From Vulcanimicrobiota bacterium (GTDB lineage: Bacteria > Vulcanimicrobiota > Vulcanimicrobiia > Vulcanimicrobiales > Vulcanimicrobiaceae), in the NCBI GenBank assembly GCA_963812155.1, contig CAWETW010000003.1, positions 1,152,001-1,216,000 on the forward strand: a stretch of 64,000 nucleotides of DNA. Direction: 5' to 3'. Made by a program: the position numbers and the translations under genes. Shown here in pieces: positions 30,857 through 41,173 of this stretch. Position 1 is the stretch's first letter. Every line of letters starts with the position of its first letter. The notes under the pieces were generated by a model. The model was not told the DNA's origin. It ran no database searches and saw nothing but the letters and a program-made list of their open reading frames with translations.

Positions 30857-31551
30857 GCCGCGCTGGCGCGGCGACCGGCGTCGGATTCGACATCGACCAC
30901 ACGATCGTGATCGATAACAAGCTCGAACGGGTGGCATTTCTGCGGCTGCTCGAGACGATCGTCAACGACGGCGGACGGGTGCCGGAAAACCTGAACGACG
31001 AGATCGCGCGAATCGACGCGTTGCTCGACGCGCAGCGCCGGAACGCGTTTACGATCGACGAAGCGGTCAGACGATTTGCAGAAGCGTGCGGCGTCGCGCC
31101 GCGCGACTCTTACGTCGAGCAGTTTCGCACGATGGCCGTCGCGATGGTCGCCGACTTCGTGATTCCCCTGCCCGGCGCACGCGCGGCGTTCGCCGACTTG
31201 CGCGGACGCGGCGTTGCGACGGCGATCTTGAGCAACGGCTGGAATCCGCTGCAGGTCGAGAAGGCTCGGCGCGCGGGCTTCGACGGGCCGGTCCTCGTGA
31301 GCGCCGAGTTGGGCGTACAGAAGCCCGACCGGCGCGCCTTCGACGTGCTGCTGGAAGCCCTGGGAACCGACGCCGGCCGCACGTGGTACGTCGGCGACGA
31401 CCCGCACTGCGACGTCGAAGGCGCGCGCGACGCGGGCTTGCGCGCAATCTGGCTGGACGCGGAGGGACGCGGCTACCCTGCAGGCGCTGCGGCTCCGGCA
31501 TGCACGATCCATTCGCTCGCGGAGATCGCCGGATGCATTTCGACTCGTTGA
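30853..31551 (+). CDS. HAD family hydrolase
   Basis: FDIDHT, LSNG, QKP, VGDD..CDV. Confidence 0.9.
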   Translation: MSRAGAATGVGFDIDHTIVIDNKLERVAFLRLLETIVNDGGRVPENLNDEIARIDALLDAQRRNAFTIDEAVRRFAEACGVAPRDSYVEQFRTMAVAMVADFVIPLPGARAAFADLRGRGVATAILSNGWNPLQVEKARRAGFDGPVLVSAELGVQKPDRRAFDVLLEALGTDAGRTWYVGDDPHCDVEGARDAGLRAIWLDAEGRGYPAGAAAPACTIHSLAEIAGCISTR

Positions 31552-33296
31552 CGGCGCTGCGTCGCCGCGGGTGGCGTTTCGTGCTGGTGATGGCGCTACT
31601 GACGGCCGCGATACCGGTCCGGCCGCTCGCCGCAAGCGACTACCAAGCGAAGCTCATCGATTTGGATCGCCGCTATACGTATTGGTCGTTCCGGCAAAAT
31701 CCGACGTACGCGACCGATTCAGGCGTGCACGGCGAAGACGCGTTGCTGGCCGACTTTTCACCCCAAGCGCAGTCGGCGGCGATGCAGCAACTACGCGGAT
31801 TTCGCGACGAACTGGCGGCGCTGCAGCCTCCGCCGGATGCCACCCCGCACGAGCGCGTCGACTATTTCCTGATCCGCGCCGATCTCGAGGGGGACTGGTG
31901 GAACCGCACGGTGCTGCAGCCGCTGCAGCGCAACCCCACCGTCTACGAAGGCGAATGCGCCAACGGAATTTTTTCGATCGTCAAACGGCGCTACGCCTCC
32001 GACGACGTACGCGCGCGCGATGCAATCGGCCGTTTGCGCGCGTGCGGCCGCGTGCTCGAGCAGGGCCGGACGAACCTCACCGATACGGTTGCGGAGTTCG
32101 CGCGCATCGCATCGGAAGACGTTCGCGACGGCGATTCGCTCTACACGACGGCGCTCGACGGAATCGCCGCAGGCGCGGGCTCGCAGCGGCGGACCGAATT
32201 GCGTGCGGCCGAATCGTCGGCGCTGCAGGCGCTTCACGCTTACCGTGCTTGGCTCGACGCCCAGATGCCGCATTTTCACGCCGGCGGCTTTGCGGTGGGC
32301 AAGAAGCAGTACGATTGGTATCTCCGCCGCGTATTGCTGCTGCCGTTCGATAGCGACGAAGTCGCAACGATCGGGCGCCTCGAGCTGGCTCGCGATCGTG
32401 CGCTCGAGGCGTGGGAAGCCAATCGCGACGCGCACGCGCCGTCCGGGTCGCGGCAGCCGTCGTTCTCGACCAAGACCCAGTTCCTGCATTACTACGAGAC
32501 GTCGCTGCAACGCCTGAAGTCGTTCATTGCGCAACGCGCCGTCGTGGACGTTCCTGCGTACGTCGGGCCGTTTCACATCGTCGAGGTTCCCAAAGCGCTG
32601 GCCGCAACGTACCCGGGCGGCTTCATGAATCCGCCGGCGATGTTGTCGCACGATCCGCAGGGGTTCTACTTCGTTCCGGACTTTAGCGCCGGCAACACGA
32701 GTTTCTTCGTCGCGCAAGCGCGGCAATCGGTGCTCCCGATTCTCGGGCACGAGGGCATTCCCGGCCACTTCCTGCAGTTCAGCTACGCCTATCACAATCC
32801 TGATTTCATCCGGCACGTGCACGACGACGGCGTCTTCGCCGAGGGCTGGGCCTTCTACGGCGAGGAGATGCTGATGCGGCAAGGGTTGTACGACGGCGAT
32901 CCGGGCGCGCGTCAGCAGGTGATCCACCTCATGCGCCATCGCGCGACCCGCATCGGGGTCGACGTCGGGCTGGCCACTGGGGCGATGACCCTCCCCGAGG
33001 CAATTGCCTATTTCCAAAAGAATGCGGGAATCGATGCGGACACCGCGCGCGGCGAGGCGACGCGCTTCGCGATGAATCCCGGACAAGCGATCGATTATCT
33101 CGTCGGAAAGACGCAGATCGAAACCCTAATCGGCCTGGTTCACGATGCCCAAGGCAAAACGTTCGCATTGCGGTCGTTCCACGACCGCTTGCTCTCCTAC
33201 GGAACGGTGCCGTTTTCGACCATACGGTACGAATGGCTCGGCGACGACGAATGGCTGCGCCCGGTGACCGATCCCATCGCGCCGGAGCAGTTCTAA
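31533..33296 (+). CDS. DUF885 family secreted protein
   Basis: HEGIPGHFLQ, FAEGWAFYGE, PGQAIDYLVGK, FHD.LL..G. Confidence 0.9.
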   Translation: MHFDSLTALRRRGWRFVLVMALLTAAIPVRPLAASDYQAKLIDLDRRYTYWSFRQNPTYATDSGVHGEDALLADFSPQAQSAAMQQLRGFRDELAALQPPPDATPHERVDYFLIRADLEGDWWNRTVLQPLQRNPTVYEGECANGIFSIVKRRYASDDVRARDAIGRLRACGRVLEQGRTNLTDTVAEFARIASEDVRDGDSLYTTALDGIAAGAGSQRRTELRAAESSALQALHAYRAWLDAQMPHFHAGGFAVGKKQYDWYLRRVLLLPFDSDEVATIGRLELARDRALEAWEANRDAHAPSGSRQPSFSTKTQFLHYYETSLQRLKSFIAQRAVVDVPAYVGPFHIVEVPKALAATYPGGFMNPPAMLSHDPQGFYFVPDFSAGNTSFFVAQARQSVLPILGHEGIPGHFLQFSYAYHNPDFIRHVHDDGVFAEGWAFYGEEMLMRQGLYDGDPGARQQVIHLMRHRATRIGVDVGLATGAMTLPEAIAYFQKNAGIDADTARGEATRFAMNPGQAIDYLVGKTQIETLIGLVHDAQGKTFALRSFHDRLLSYGTVPFSTIRYEWLGDDEWLRPVTDPIAPEQF

Positions 33297-33314
33297 TGAA
33301 GACGGGACGCTGAC

Positions 33315-33869
33315 GTGAGTCCCCGCATCTCCGGCGGATCCCTGAACAGCCGCAAACTGCGCTCGCCCAAGGGCACGAACGTGCGGCCGACGCCGGGCCG
33401 CGTCAAAGAGTCGCTTTTCGCGATTTTGGCGGACCGGCTAAAAGGCGCGCGCGTCCTCGATTTGTTTGCCGGCACCGGAGCAATCGGCTTCGAGGCAGCT
33501 TCGCGCGGCGCCGCACGCGTCGTTTCGGTGGAATCCCATCGCGAGACGGCCACGGCGATCGGCGAAGCGGCGCGCGATCTCGGCGTCGACGACGTCGTCA
33601 CGGTCTTTCCGGCGCCGGCCGAGCGCGCGCTGTACCGGCTGGAAGGCCCGTTCGACGTCGTCTATCTCGACCCGCCGTACGCACATCCTCTGCCGATGAA
33701 CGTCTTCGCGCTGCTTGCCGAGCGGGGCTTGCTCGCGCCGGACGCTCTCGTCGTCTACGAGCACGCGGCGCGCACAATCCTTCCGGAGATACCGGGGTAT
33801 CGCTCGGTCCGCGAAGAAGTCTACGGCGATGTCGCGTTGGCATTTCTCACATTGCAATCGCCGAGTTGA
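33315..33869 (+). CDS. rsmD: 16S rRNA m2G966 methyltransferase RsmD
   Basis: RPTPGRVKESLF, DLFAGTG, EAASRGA, DPPY. Confidence 0.95.
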   Translation: MSPRISGGSLNSRKLRSPKGTNVRPTPGRVKESLFAILADRLKGARVLDLFAGTGAIGFEAASRGAARVVSVESHRETATAIGEAARDLGVDDVVTVFPAPAERALYRLEGPFDVVYLDPPYAHPLPMNVFALLAERGLLAPDALVVYEHAARTILPEIPGYRSVREEVYGDVALAFLTLQSPS

Positions 33870-34387
33870 CCAACGGTAAACCGTCGCGCAGCACCCGCGC
33901 GATCTATCCCGGTTCGTTCGATCCGCCGACCTGCGGACATCTCGATGTGGTCGAGCGGGCGGCGAAGTGTTTCGGCGAACTCGTCGTCGCGATCGTCGTC
34001 AATCCGCAGAAGCGGCAGCCGATGTTTTCGCTAGACGAACGGGTCGAGATGCTCAAGGCGTGCATCGCGCCGATCGGCAACGCTCGCGTCGAGCATTTTC
34101 GCGGTCTGCTCGCCGATTACGTCAAGGCGGCGCACGCCGACGTTATCGTCAAAGGCCTGCGAGTCGTTTCCGACTTCGAAAGCGAGATGTCCGCGGCGTT
34201 GATGAACCGCTCGCTCTCCGAAGTCGACACGTTCTTCCTCATGTCGGACCAGAAATATTCGTTCGTCAGCTCGAGCCTCGTCAAGGAGGTTTTCTTCCTG
34301 GGCGGCGACGTGGCGTCGCTCGTTCCCGAACCGGTTCTCCGGCTCATGACCGTCAAACGCGCCGGGTTACTCGAAGCTCGTTCTTAA
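33866..34387 (+). CDS. coaD: pantetheine-phosphate adenylyltransferase
   Basis: YPGSFDPPTCGH, KGLR..SDFESE, VSSSLVKE. Confidence 0.97.
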   Translation: MTNGKPSRSTRAIYPGSFDPPTCGHLDVVERAAKCFGELVVAIVVNPQKRQPMFSLDERVEMLKACIAPIGNARVEHFRGLLADYVKAAHADVIVKGLRVVSDFESEMSAALMNRSLSEVDTFFLMSDQKYSFVSSSLVKEVFFLGGDVASLVPEPVLRLMTVKRAGLLEARS

Positions 34388-34399
34388 ACGGAGGTATCC

Positions 34400-34966
34400 A
34401 TGTCGGTCTATCGCGTGCTGGACAAACTCGAGGCCTACGTGCACGAAGGGACGTGGCTCCCGGCGGGTTACCGGGTGCTCTCGGAGGAGCGCCTCATCGA
34501 GCTGGTGGAGAAGATCCGCGCGTCGCTGCCGGTTGAAGTCGGGCGCGCGCAGATCATTGCCAAGGATCAAGATCGCGTGCTGCGCGCCGCCCAAGAAAAG
34601 GCCCAGGCGATCGTCGACGAGGCGGCGACCAAGCACGAAGAACTGGTGGATCAAAACGAGATCGTCCAGCGGGCGCGCACGACCGCCGAAGTCGTCCTGC
34701 GCGAAGCGGAAGCGGCCGCGCGCAAAGTCCGTGACGGCGCCGACCACTACGCCGCGCAAGTCCTCACGGAAATGGAAGGCCGTCTTTCGAGCGCGCTCGG
34801 TTCGGTGAGGAAAGGGCGCGACTCGCTGACTCGTTCGCCAGGGCCCGCGAGTACGGCATCGGGCTCGGAGCCGCTTGCCGACGCCGCCGCGAAAAGCAAG
34901 CGAGCAGCGTTCGATTCGCAGTCGGCGGGCGACGAGACGGCCGCCCTTGAATCGGTCGAAGCGTAA
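34400..34966 (+). CDS. coiled-coil protein of the type commonly found after coaD (ATP synthase b/DivIVA-like)
   Basis: GGAGG SD; heptad Ala/Glu-rich helix, GADHYA motif; synteny. Confidence 0.75.
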   Translation: MSVYRVLDKLEAYVHEGTWLPAGYRVLSEERLIELVEKIRASLPVEVGRAQIIAKDQDRVLRAAQEKAQAIVDEAATKHEELVDQNEIVQRARTTAEVVLREAEAAARKVRDGADHYAAQVLTEMEGRLSSALGSVRKGRDSLTRSPGPASTASGSEPLADAAAKSKRAAFDSQSAGDETAALESVEA

Positions 34967-34995
34967 GGAAGCCGACATATGGGTACATTCCAGGC

Positions 34996-35412
34996 ATGAA
35001 AATCTTGGGAGCCGCGCTCGCGCTTGCGAGCCTCATCGCAATCCCGGCCTTCGCCGACGGCACGAGCGGTGGAATTTCCGGTTATGTGGTGGACATCAAG
35101 ACCGGGCAGCCGGTCGACCGGGCCCAGATCCTGTATTATCGCGCGCCTTTCATTGAGAACGCGACGACCATTCGTAAGCTGGAAACCGATCGACACGGCT
35201 ACTTTCGAGATATCACGCTCGAACCGGGCCGCTATATCGTCATGGCTCAGTTTCCGGGAAGAGTCCTGGGCTGCGCCGTCGACGACGTGCAAAACGGTGA
35301 AATTTCCCGCATTCGCATCCAACTCGGCCGCGACGCGATCGTCTGTTCCGGACCGCGCGTTCATCCAACGCTCATCGATCCGAATGCCACCGCAGATGTG
35401 TATCGCATTTAA
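34996..35412 (+). CDS. secreted carboxypeptidase-regulatory-like domain protein
   Basis: signal peptide, ISGYVVD..TGQPV, TD..G.F...LEPGRY. Confidence 0.75.
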   Translation: MKILGAALALASLIAIPAFADGTSGGISGYVVDIKTGQPVDRAQILYYRAPFIENATTIRKLETDRHGYFRDITLEPGRYIVMAQFPGRVLGCAVDDVQNGEISRIRIQLGRDAIVCSGPRVHPTLIDPNATADVYRI

Positions 35413-35427
35413 CGGAAGAGAAACCTG

Positions 35428-35841
35428 ATGCGTTTCGAATTCAACGAAACGGGAAGCTTTCACCGGATGCTCACGGTCGCCGCGTTTCTAGCGGCGGCCG
35501 TTGCGCCGTTGACCGCAGCCGCGAATCCCTCGAACGGCGGATCCGCAAATCAGTCGAACGGCGGGTCGCGACCGGCAGGAGCGGGAACGCTCATGCACTC
35601 CGGCACTGCAATTTCGACAATGCATCAGTCGCAGTGGCTGACGGCGCCTGCGCAGTGGCCGGCGGCACCGGACCGTAAGATCCATCGCGAGCGCTTCGCG
35701 CGCAACTACGACTGGACGTGGTTCAAGTCTCAGCCGCAGTGCAACTCGGCGATGTGGATGCACCCCGAGCTCGCGACGAACGTCTACGGTACAACGACGG
35801 CGAGCTGCTGGTGGCAGAACACGCCGTTATGGGTCCCCTAA
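35428..35841 (+). CDS. hypothetical secreted protein
   Basis: signal peptide AAA, Trp-rich C-terminus. Confidence 0.5.
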   Translation: MRFEFNETGSFHRMLTVAAFLAAAVAPLTAAANPSNGGSANQSNGGSRPAGAGTLMHSGTAISTMHQSQWLTAPAQWPAAPDRKIHRERFARNYDWTWFKSQPQCNSAMWMHPELATNVYGTTTASCWWQNTPLWVP

Positions 35842-35859
35842 AAGCGCAGGGTTTCTTTT

Positions 35860-36807
35860 CTAGACCGGCGGGGCTTGGACGTTGTGCGCGAACGCTTCGA
35901 GCCGCGCACGATCGATCGCTTTGACCCGGCCGCGATCGAGTTCGACGGCGCCGGCATTCTTCAGGCGCAATAACGCGCGCGCCGCCATATCGCGTACCGT
36001 ACCGGCTGCGGCGGCGATCTGCGCTTGCGAGAGATGCTCCACGCCGGGAAGTCCGCGCGTCATGCCGACCGACGCGCGCGCGTATCCGAGCAGAAACTTT
36101 GCGACGCGCTGCAGCACGTGTGCGAACGCCAGATCGGCGATCGTGTCGATGGACCGGCGCCGTGCCTGCGACGACGCGATGAGAAATCCGAGCGCGAGTT
36201 CGGCATCGTTGCGCGCGGCGTGGATGACGGCTTCGCTCGGCAACGTGATCACCGTGGCGTCGGTCAGGGCCTCGGCGCGCGTCGTCGCGCCGCCGCCGTC
36301 GAACGTGCCGCTTTCGTTGAGCGTGTCGTGGGTCAAGCGCTCGCCGATCGTGTGGGTCTTTCCGTCGGGCGAGAGCAGCGTGTAGATCACTTTGCCGGTC
36401 TTGACGATGCCGAGGTACGGCCACATCTCGCCCTCGTCGAAGATCGTATCGCCCGATTTGTAGGCGCGCTCGCTCATCTGCGCCGCCAACTCCTTGACGG
36501 TGTTGCCCTTGGCGGCCGTGAACTGCGCCACGTGCTCGAGGAGGGTTTCGCCGTTGGCATTCTCGTCGATGCGTTCCAGACGAATCGTCCAGCGGTTGCT
36601 GCCCAAGTTGCGGGCATCCCAGGAAAACTGGCCGGGACGCATCTGCGTCATCTCGTTGCGCAGCGCACGCGGGTCGGTCTCCTCGTTGATCTCCACGGCC
36701 GTCCCGATCTGGAGTTTGTCGAAGGCTTCCAGAATTTGATCGGTCTTGGTTGCAGGGGAGAGCGAGCGGGCATCGAGATTGACCGCGGCGGGACGGTTGA
36801 TGGGCAT
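35860..36807 (-). CDS. Crp/Fnr family regulator with N-terminal DUF2249-like domain
   Basis: LDARSL...IL..FD.L..G..VEINETDPRAL; cNMP-binding barrel; HTH SQAQIAAAAGTVRDMAARAL. Confidence 0.85.
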   Translation of the reverse strand: MPINRPAAVNLDARSLSPATKTDQILEAFDKLQIGTAVEINEETDPRALRNEMTQMRPGQFSWDARNLGSNRWTIRLERIDENANGETLLEHVAQFTAAKGNTVKELAAQMSERAYKSGDTIFDEGEMWPYLGIVKTGKVIYTLLSPDGKTHTIGERLTHDTLNESGTFDGGGATTRAEALTDATVITLPSEAVIHAARNDAELALGFLIASSQARRRSIDTIADLAFAHVLQRVAKFLLGYARASVGMTRGLPGVEHLSQAQIAAAAGTVRDMAARALLRLKNAGAVELDRGRVKAIDRARLEAFAHNVQAPPV

Positions 36808-36859
36808 AGGCGGGCCGTTTTAGGGATGGCCTCCACAGGCGCCTGCCGAAGCCGCGCGC

Positions 36860-38070
36860 ATGAGCACGCCCCTCCACGATAGCGACGTCGTCATCGTCGC
36901 CGGCGCCCGTACCCCCTTCGGCAATCTCGGCGGGGCGCTCGCGGACCTCACCGCAACCGACTTGGCGGTCGGGCCGCTCGCAAGCCGCAATCGAGCGCAG
37001 CGGCGTTCCGAAGGAGCGCATCGACGACGTCGTCTTCGGCAACGTCATGCAGACGAGCGCCGACGCGATCTACCTCGCGCGCCACGTCGGATTGCGCGTC
37101 GGGCTGCCGATCGGCGTTCCCGCGCTGACGCTCAACCGGCTGTGCGGATCGGGTCTCCAGGCGATTCTCTCCGCAGCGCAGTCGCTCGCGCTCGGCAAGT
37201 CCACCTACGCGCTGGCCGGTGGCACTGAGAATATGAGCCAGTCGCCGCACGTCGTTCGCGGTGCGCGGCGCGGCTTTCACTTCGGCCAGAACGTTGCGTT
37301 CGAAGATTCGCTGTGGACCGCGCTGACCGATTCCTACGGCAACACGCCGATGGCCATCACCGCCGAGAATCTCGCGAAGAAATACGGCGTTACGCGCGAC
37401 GAATGCGACGCGTTCGCACTCGAGAGCCAGGAACGCGCGCTCGAGGCGCAGTCGAGCGGCTATTTCGCCGAGGAAATCGTGCCGGTCGAGGTTCCCGGTC
37501 CGAAAGGCACGACCGTGACGGTCGACAAGGACGAAGGTCCGCGGGCCGGACTCTCGATGGAAAAGCTCGGCAAACTTACCGGCACGTTTCGTCAAAGACG
37601 GCGTCGTGACGCCGGGCAACGCCAGCGGCATCACCGACGGCGCCGCCGCCGTCGTGCTGACGACGGTGAAGCAGGCCAGGGCCGACGGGGTCGCATGGAT
37701 CGGCCGGCTCTCCGGCAGCGTCGTCGGCGTCGATCCCAGCATCATGGGCATCGGTCCGGCGTTCTCGATTCCGAAAGCATTGGCACGCGCGGGCATCGCC
37801 GAAAAAGACCTCGCGGTGATGGAGATCAACGAAGCGTTCGCACCGCAAGTGCTCGCGTGTCTGCGCGAGATGGATACGCAGCCCGGCAACGGCGTGCAAT
37901 TCAATCCGCACGGCGGCGCGATTTCGCTCGGACATCCATTGGGAGCTTCGGGCGCGCGTCTGGCGATCACGACGCTGCACGATCTACGCGAGCGCGGCGG
38001 CGGTTATGGGGTGGCGTCGGCCTGCATCGGCGGCGGTCAGGGGATTGCAGCAGTCTTCATCGTCGAGTAA
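36860..38070 (+). CDS. acetyl-CoA C-acyltransferase (thiolase), frameshifts near 36975 and 37576
   Basis: ARTPFG, NRLCGSG, TPGNASGITDGAA, EINEAFA, GHPLGASG, ACIGGGQG across three frames. Confidence 0.9.
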
Positions 38071-38617
38071 CGCTTCCGAAACGAAGCCGCGACGCTTTCG
38101 CTGGTCTGCGCTGTGGGACGTCGCCGCCGTTATCGTTTTGGGGTTCGCGCTTTGGAAAATCTTCATCGCGCCACGGGCGTTCGGGCCGGCCTCAAGCGCG
38201 CCGCCCGCGCCGCACGCAGTTTTTACGCGCCTCGACGGCGGTGTGTTCCGCGTCACCGACGCCCGTAATCGCCTGCTATTCCTGGACTTTTACGCGACGT
38301 GGTGCACCCCGTGCAAAGTCGAGATGCCGCTGGTGGAGGCGTGGGCGAAGGCGCATCCGCATGCGCTCGTCATTCCGGTCGACGTTTCGGAGCCGCGTGC
38401 CGCCGTTGCGACCTATGCCGCCGCGCACGGCTTGCGCGACGTCGCGATGGATCCGCAGGGCGTCTCGCAAGGCATTTTCGGCATCGACGGCTTTCCGACG
38501 GTCGTGGTCGTCGATCCGCAAGGACGCATCCGCGCGAAATGGGCCGGCCTCAATCCCGCTATCTCGCTCGCCATGACCAACGCCGAAAAATCGCTCGCGT
38601 TGCGGGCGTCGCCGTGA
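38045..38617 (+). CDS. TlpA-family thiol-disulfide reductase (start uncertain)
   Basis: TM anchor, DFYATWCTPC, GFPT.VVVDPQG. Confidence 0.85.
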   Translation: MQQSSSSSNASETKPRRFRWSALWDVAAVIVLGFALWKIFIAPRAFGPASSAPPAPHAVFTRLDGGVFRVTDARNRLLFLDFYATWCTPCKVEMPLVEAWAKAHPHALVIPVDVSEPRAAVATYAAAHGLRDVAMDPQGVSQGIFGIDGFPTVVVVDPQGRIRAKWAGLNPAISLAMTNAEKSLALRASP

Positions 38618-38675
38618 GCTTAGGGCGCATCCGCGGGTTTCGACGACTTTTCAATCAAGGGTGCACGCGCGTCTC

Positions 38676-38707
38676 TTGACCACATCGGCGTCTTACTATA
38701 AAGTAAG
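38676..38707 (+). promoter_or_regulatory. vapBC promoter with palindromic operator
   Basis: TTGACC, 17 nt, TAAAGT; inverted repeat CTTACT-ATAA-AGTAAG (38692-38707) over the -10. Confidence 0.65.
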
Positions 38708-38717
38708 GAATACATTT

Positions 38718-38972
38718 ATGGCAAGGAAAAGGGACGGCGACTCTGCCACCGTGACGAGCAAGGGGCAGATGACGTTGCCGAAGCGGGTGCGCGACCATCT
38801 TGGGATCGTGACCGGCGATCGTCTCGACGTTGCAGTTGAGGGCGAGCGAATCGTGCTGATTCCGAAGACGCTGCACCTCAGCGACATCTGTTCGATTCTG
38901 CCGGCGCCGAAGAGTGCGGCGTCGATCGACGATATGGATGAGGCAATTGCGCGGGGCGCCATCGGCGAGTGA
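38718..38972 (+). CDS. vapB: AbrB/MazE-family antitoxin
   Basis: ATVTSKGQMTLPKRVRDHLGI..GDRL. Confidence 0.9.
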   Translation: MARKRDGDSATVTSKGQMTLPKRVRDHLGIVTGDRLDVAVEGERIVLIPKTLHLSDICSILPAPKSAASIDDMDEAIARGAIGE

Positions 38973-39367
38973 TCGGAGTCGACACGAACGTCCTAATCAG
39001 ATTGCTGATCGGCGATGACGAACGTCAGCAACGGCAAGCGCACACGTATTTGCTTCGGCACAGCTCGGCGGACGATCCAGCCTGGGTCAATCGCATCGTT
39101 GCGGTTGAAACCGTGTGGGTACTCGAGCGCCGGTACGGATATGCGCGCAAACAGATAGCAGACGTTCTCGAGCGGCTGCTCAACACCGCAGAGCTCTCGT
39201 TTGAAAATCACGATCTCGTGCGCGATGCGATCGGCGCCTATCGCGAAGGTGCTGGTTTCTCCGACGCACTCATAGCGGCCGGCAATGCCGCGGCGGATTG
39301 TTCGACGACCGTTACATTCGACGCTCGTGCGGCGAAGCAAGTGCGCCGTTTTACGCTGCTGAAATAA
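38969..39367 (+). CDS. vapC: PIN-domain toxin VapC
   Basis: GVDTNVLIR, ETVWVL, FSDALI, TVTFD; GTGA overlap with antitoxin. Confidence 0.92.
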   Translation: MIGVDTNVLIRLLIGDDERQQRQAHTYLLRHSSADDPAWVNRIVAVETVWVLERRYGYARKQIADVLERLLNTAELSFENHDLVRDAIGAYREGAGFSDALIAAGNAAADCSTTVTFDARAAKQVRRFTLLK

Positions 39368-39380
39368 GCGCCGTTCGTCG

Positions 39381-40172
39381 TCAACGGCCTTTCCATTCGG
39401 GTTTGCGCTTTTCGAGGAAGGCGCCGGTGCCTTCTTTGATGTCCTCGGTGTCGACCAGCGTGCCGAACTCCAAGGCTTCGAGTTCGAGCGCGTCGTCGAG
39501 CGAAAGGTGCGCGCCGTTGTTGATGGCGCGTTTGCACGCCGCGATTGCAAGCGGGGCCTTCGACGCGATGGTCGCGGCAATGCGCTTGGCTTCATCCATC
39601 AGCTCCGCGAGCGGGACGACTTTCTGCACGAGGCCGATTCGCAACGCCTCTTGCGCGCCAATGACCTCGCCGGTCAAACAGAGATACATCGCCATGCCTT
39701 TGCCGACGAGCCGCGTCATGCGCTGGGAGCCGCCGTAACCCGGAATCAAGCCGAGGTTGACCTCCGGCTGCCCGAACTTCGCGTTCTCGGATGCGATGAG
39801 AATGTCGCCGGCCATCGCGATCTCGCAGCCGCCACCCAGCGCGAATCCGTTGACGGCCATGATGACCGGCTTGCGAAGGCGCTCGATCTTGCGCGTCAAC
39901 GCTTGACCGAAGCGCGCTTGATCGGCGCCGTGCCCCGCACTCGGCAGCGCGTTGAGTTCGCCGATGTCGGCACCCGCGGCGAACGCCTTCTCGCCCGCGC
40001 CGGTGATGACGATCGCTCGGACGTCGGGGTCGCCGTCGAGCTCGGTCAGCGCGCGCGAGACCTCGCTCAGCAGGTTCGAGCGCAGGGCGTTGAGCACGTT
40101 CGGGCGATTGAACGTGATGATGCCGGCCGGCGCCTCAACCGTCACCACGATGTCTTGATACGCCTCAGGCAT
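39381..40172 (-). CDS. crt: enoyl-CoA hydratase (crotonase)
   Basis: AFAAGADI, NGFALGGGCE, FGQPEVNLG.IPG.GG. Confidence 0.9.
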   Translation of the reverse strand: MPEAYQDIVVTVEAPAGIITFNRPNVLNALRSNLLSEVSRALTELDGDPDVRAIVITGAGEKAFAAGADIGELNALPSAGHGADQARFGQALTRKIERLRKPVIMAVNGFALGGGCEIAMAGDILIASENAKFGQPEVNLGLIPGYGGSQRMTRLVGKGMAMYLCLTGEVIGAQEALRIGLVQKVVPLAELMDEAKRIAATIASKAPLAIAACKRAINNGAHLSLDDALELEALEFGTLVDTEDIKEGTGAFLEKRKPEWKGR

Positions 40173-41018
40173 AGTCGTAGAATCCCTTTCCGCTCTTGCG
40201 GCCTAGCGTCCGGCCAGCACCATGCGCTTGAGCAGCGGCGGTGCGGCCATCATCGGATCCTTGAACTCGTCGAACATGATCTCGGCGATGTAATACGTCG
40301 TATCGAGACCGACGAAGTCGAGCAGTTCGAACGGACCCATCGGGTAGCCGCAGCCAAGTTTCATGCCCTTGTCGATGTCCTCTTTGCTCGCGAGTCCTTC
40401 TTCGAGCAAGCGAATCGCGTAGAGCAGGTACGGAATGAGCAGACGGTTGACGATGAATCCGGGCGTGTCTTGTGCCAGGACCGGTTCCTTGCCGAGTTTC
40501 TTGGCGAAAGCGAAGAGCGCGTCCACGGTCTCTTGCGACGTCGCGATCGTCTTCACGACTTCGACGAGTTTCATGATCGGCACGGGGTTGAAGAAGTGCA
40601 GGCCGGCGATCTGGTTCGGCCGTTTGGTCTTCGCGGCCAGCTCGATGACGCAGAGGCTCGACGTGTTCGTGCAGATGATCGCGTGCGGCGCGAGCATGTC
40701 GTCGAGTCGCGCGAAGAGCTCCGTCTTGACGTCGACGTTTTCGACGATCGCCTCGATGACGAGGTCGCAGTCTTTGAGTCCGGCGACGTCGGTCGTCGCG
40801 GCGATTCGCGCAAACGTCGCGTCGCGATCGGCGGGCGTCAGCTTGCCTTTTTCGACGAATTTGTCGAGCGAGGCGCGGATCGATCTCATGCCGCGATCGA
40901 GCGGCTCCTGCGCTACCTCGAGCACTATGACGTCGAATCCCGCAGTCGCGCAGGTCTGTGCGATGCCGTTTCCCATCAAGCCGGCGCCGCAGACGCCGAC
41001 GCTGCGGATGTCAGCCAC
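40165..41018 (-). CDS. hbd: 3-hydroxybutyryl-CoA dehydrogenase, one base missing near 40205
   Basis: GAGLMGNG, EAIVEN, TNTSS, HFFNP, PGFIVNR, PMGP; the canonical LGRKSGKGFYDY end follows in a shifted frame. Confidence 0.9.
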
Positions 41019-41173
41019 GAACGTTCCTCCTAGCTTCAAGAGAAGTCGATTCCGGTTACCTTATGGTTAGGTAAAGAGCGCAGGTCCATTCGTTGCGTTG
41101 CGGTGAAGGGACCTTTGCCCTATACTAGGACATTGTTCCGGGGGGCGCAGCGTTTGGAGGAATAGGACAGGAA

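Noticed and set aside
36860..38070. Programmed frameshifting in thiolase, moaA or hbd
   Set aside because: No slippery sites or stimulatory structures, and indels are spread across unrelated genes
41040..41173. Pho box upstream of phoU
   Set aside because: No convincing 11-bp direct repeat seen
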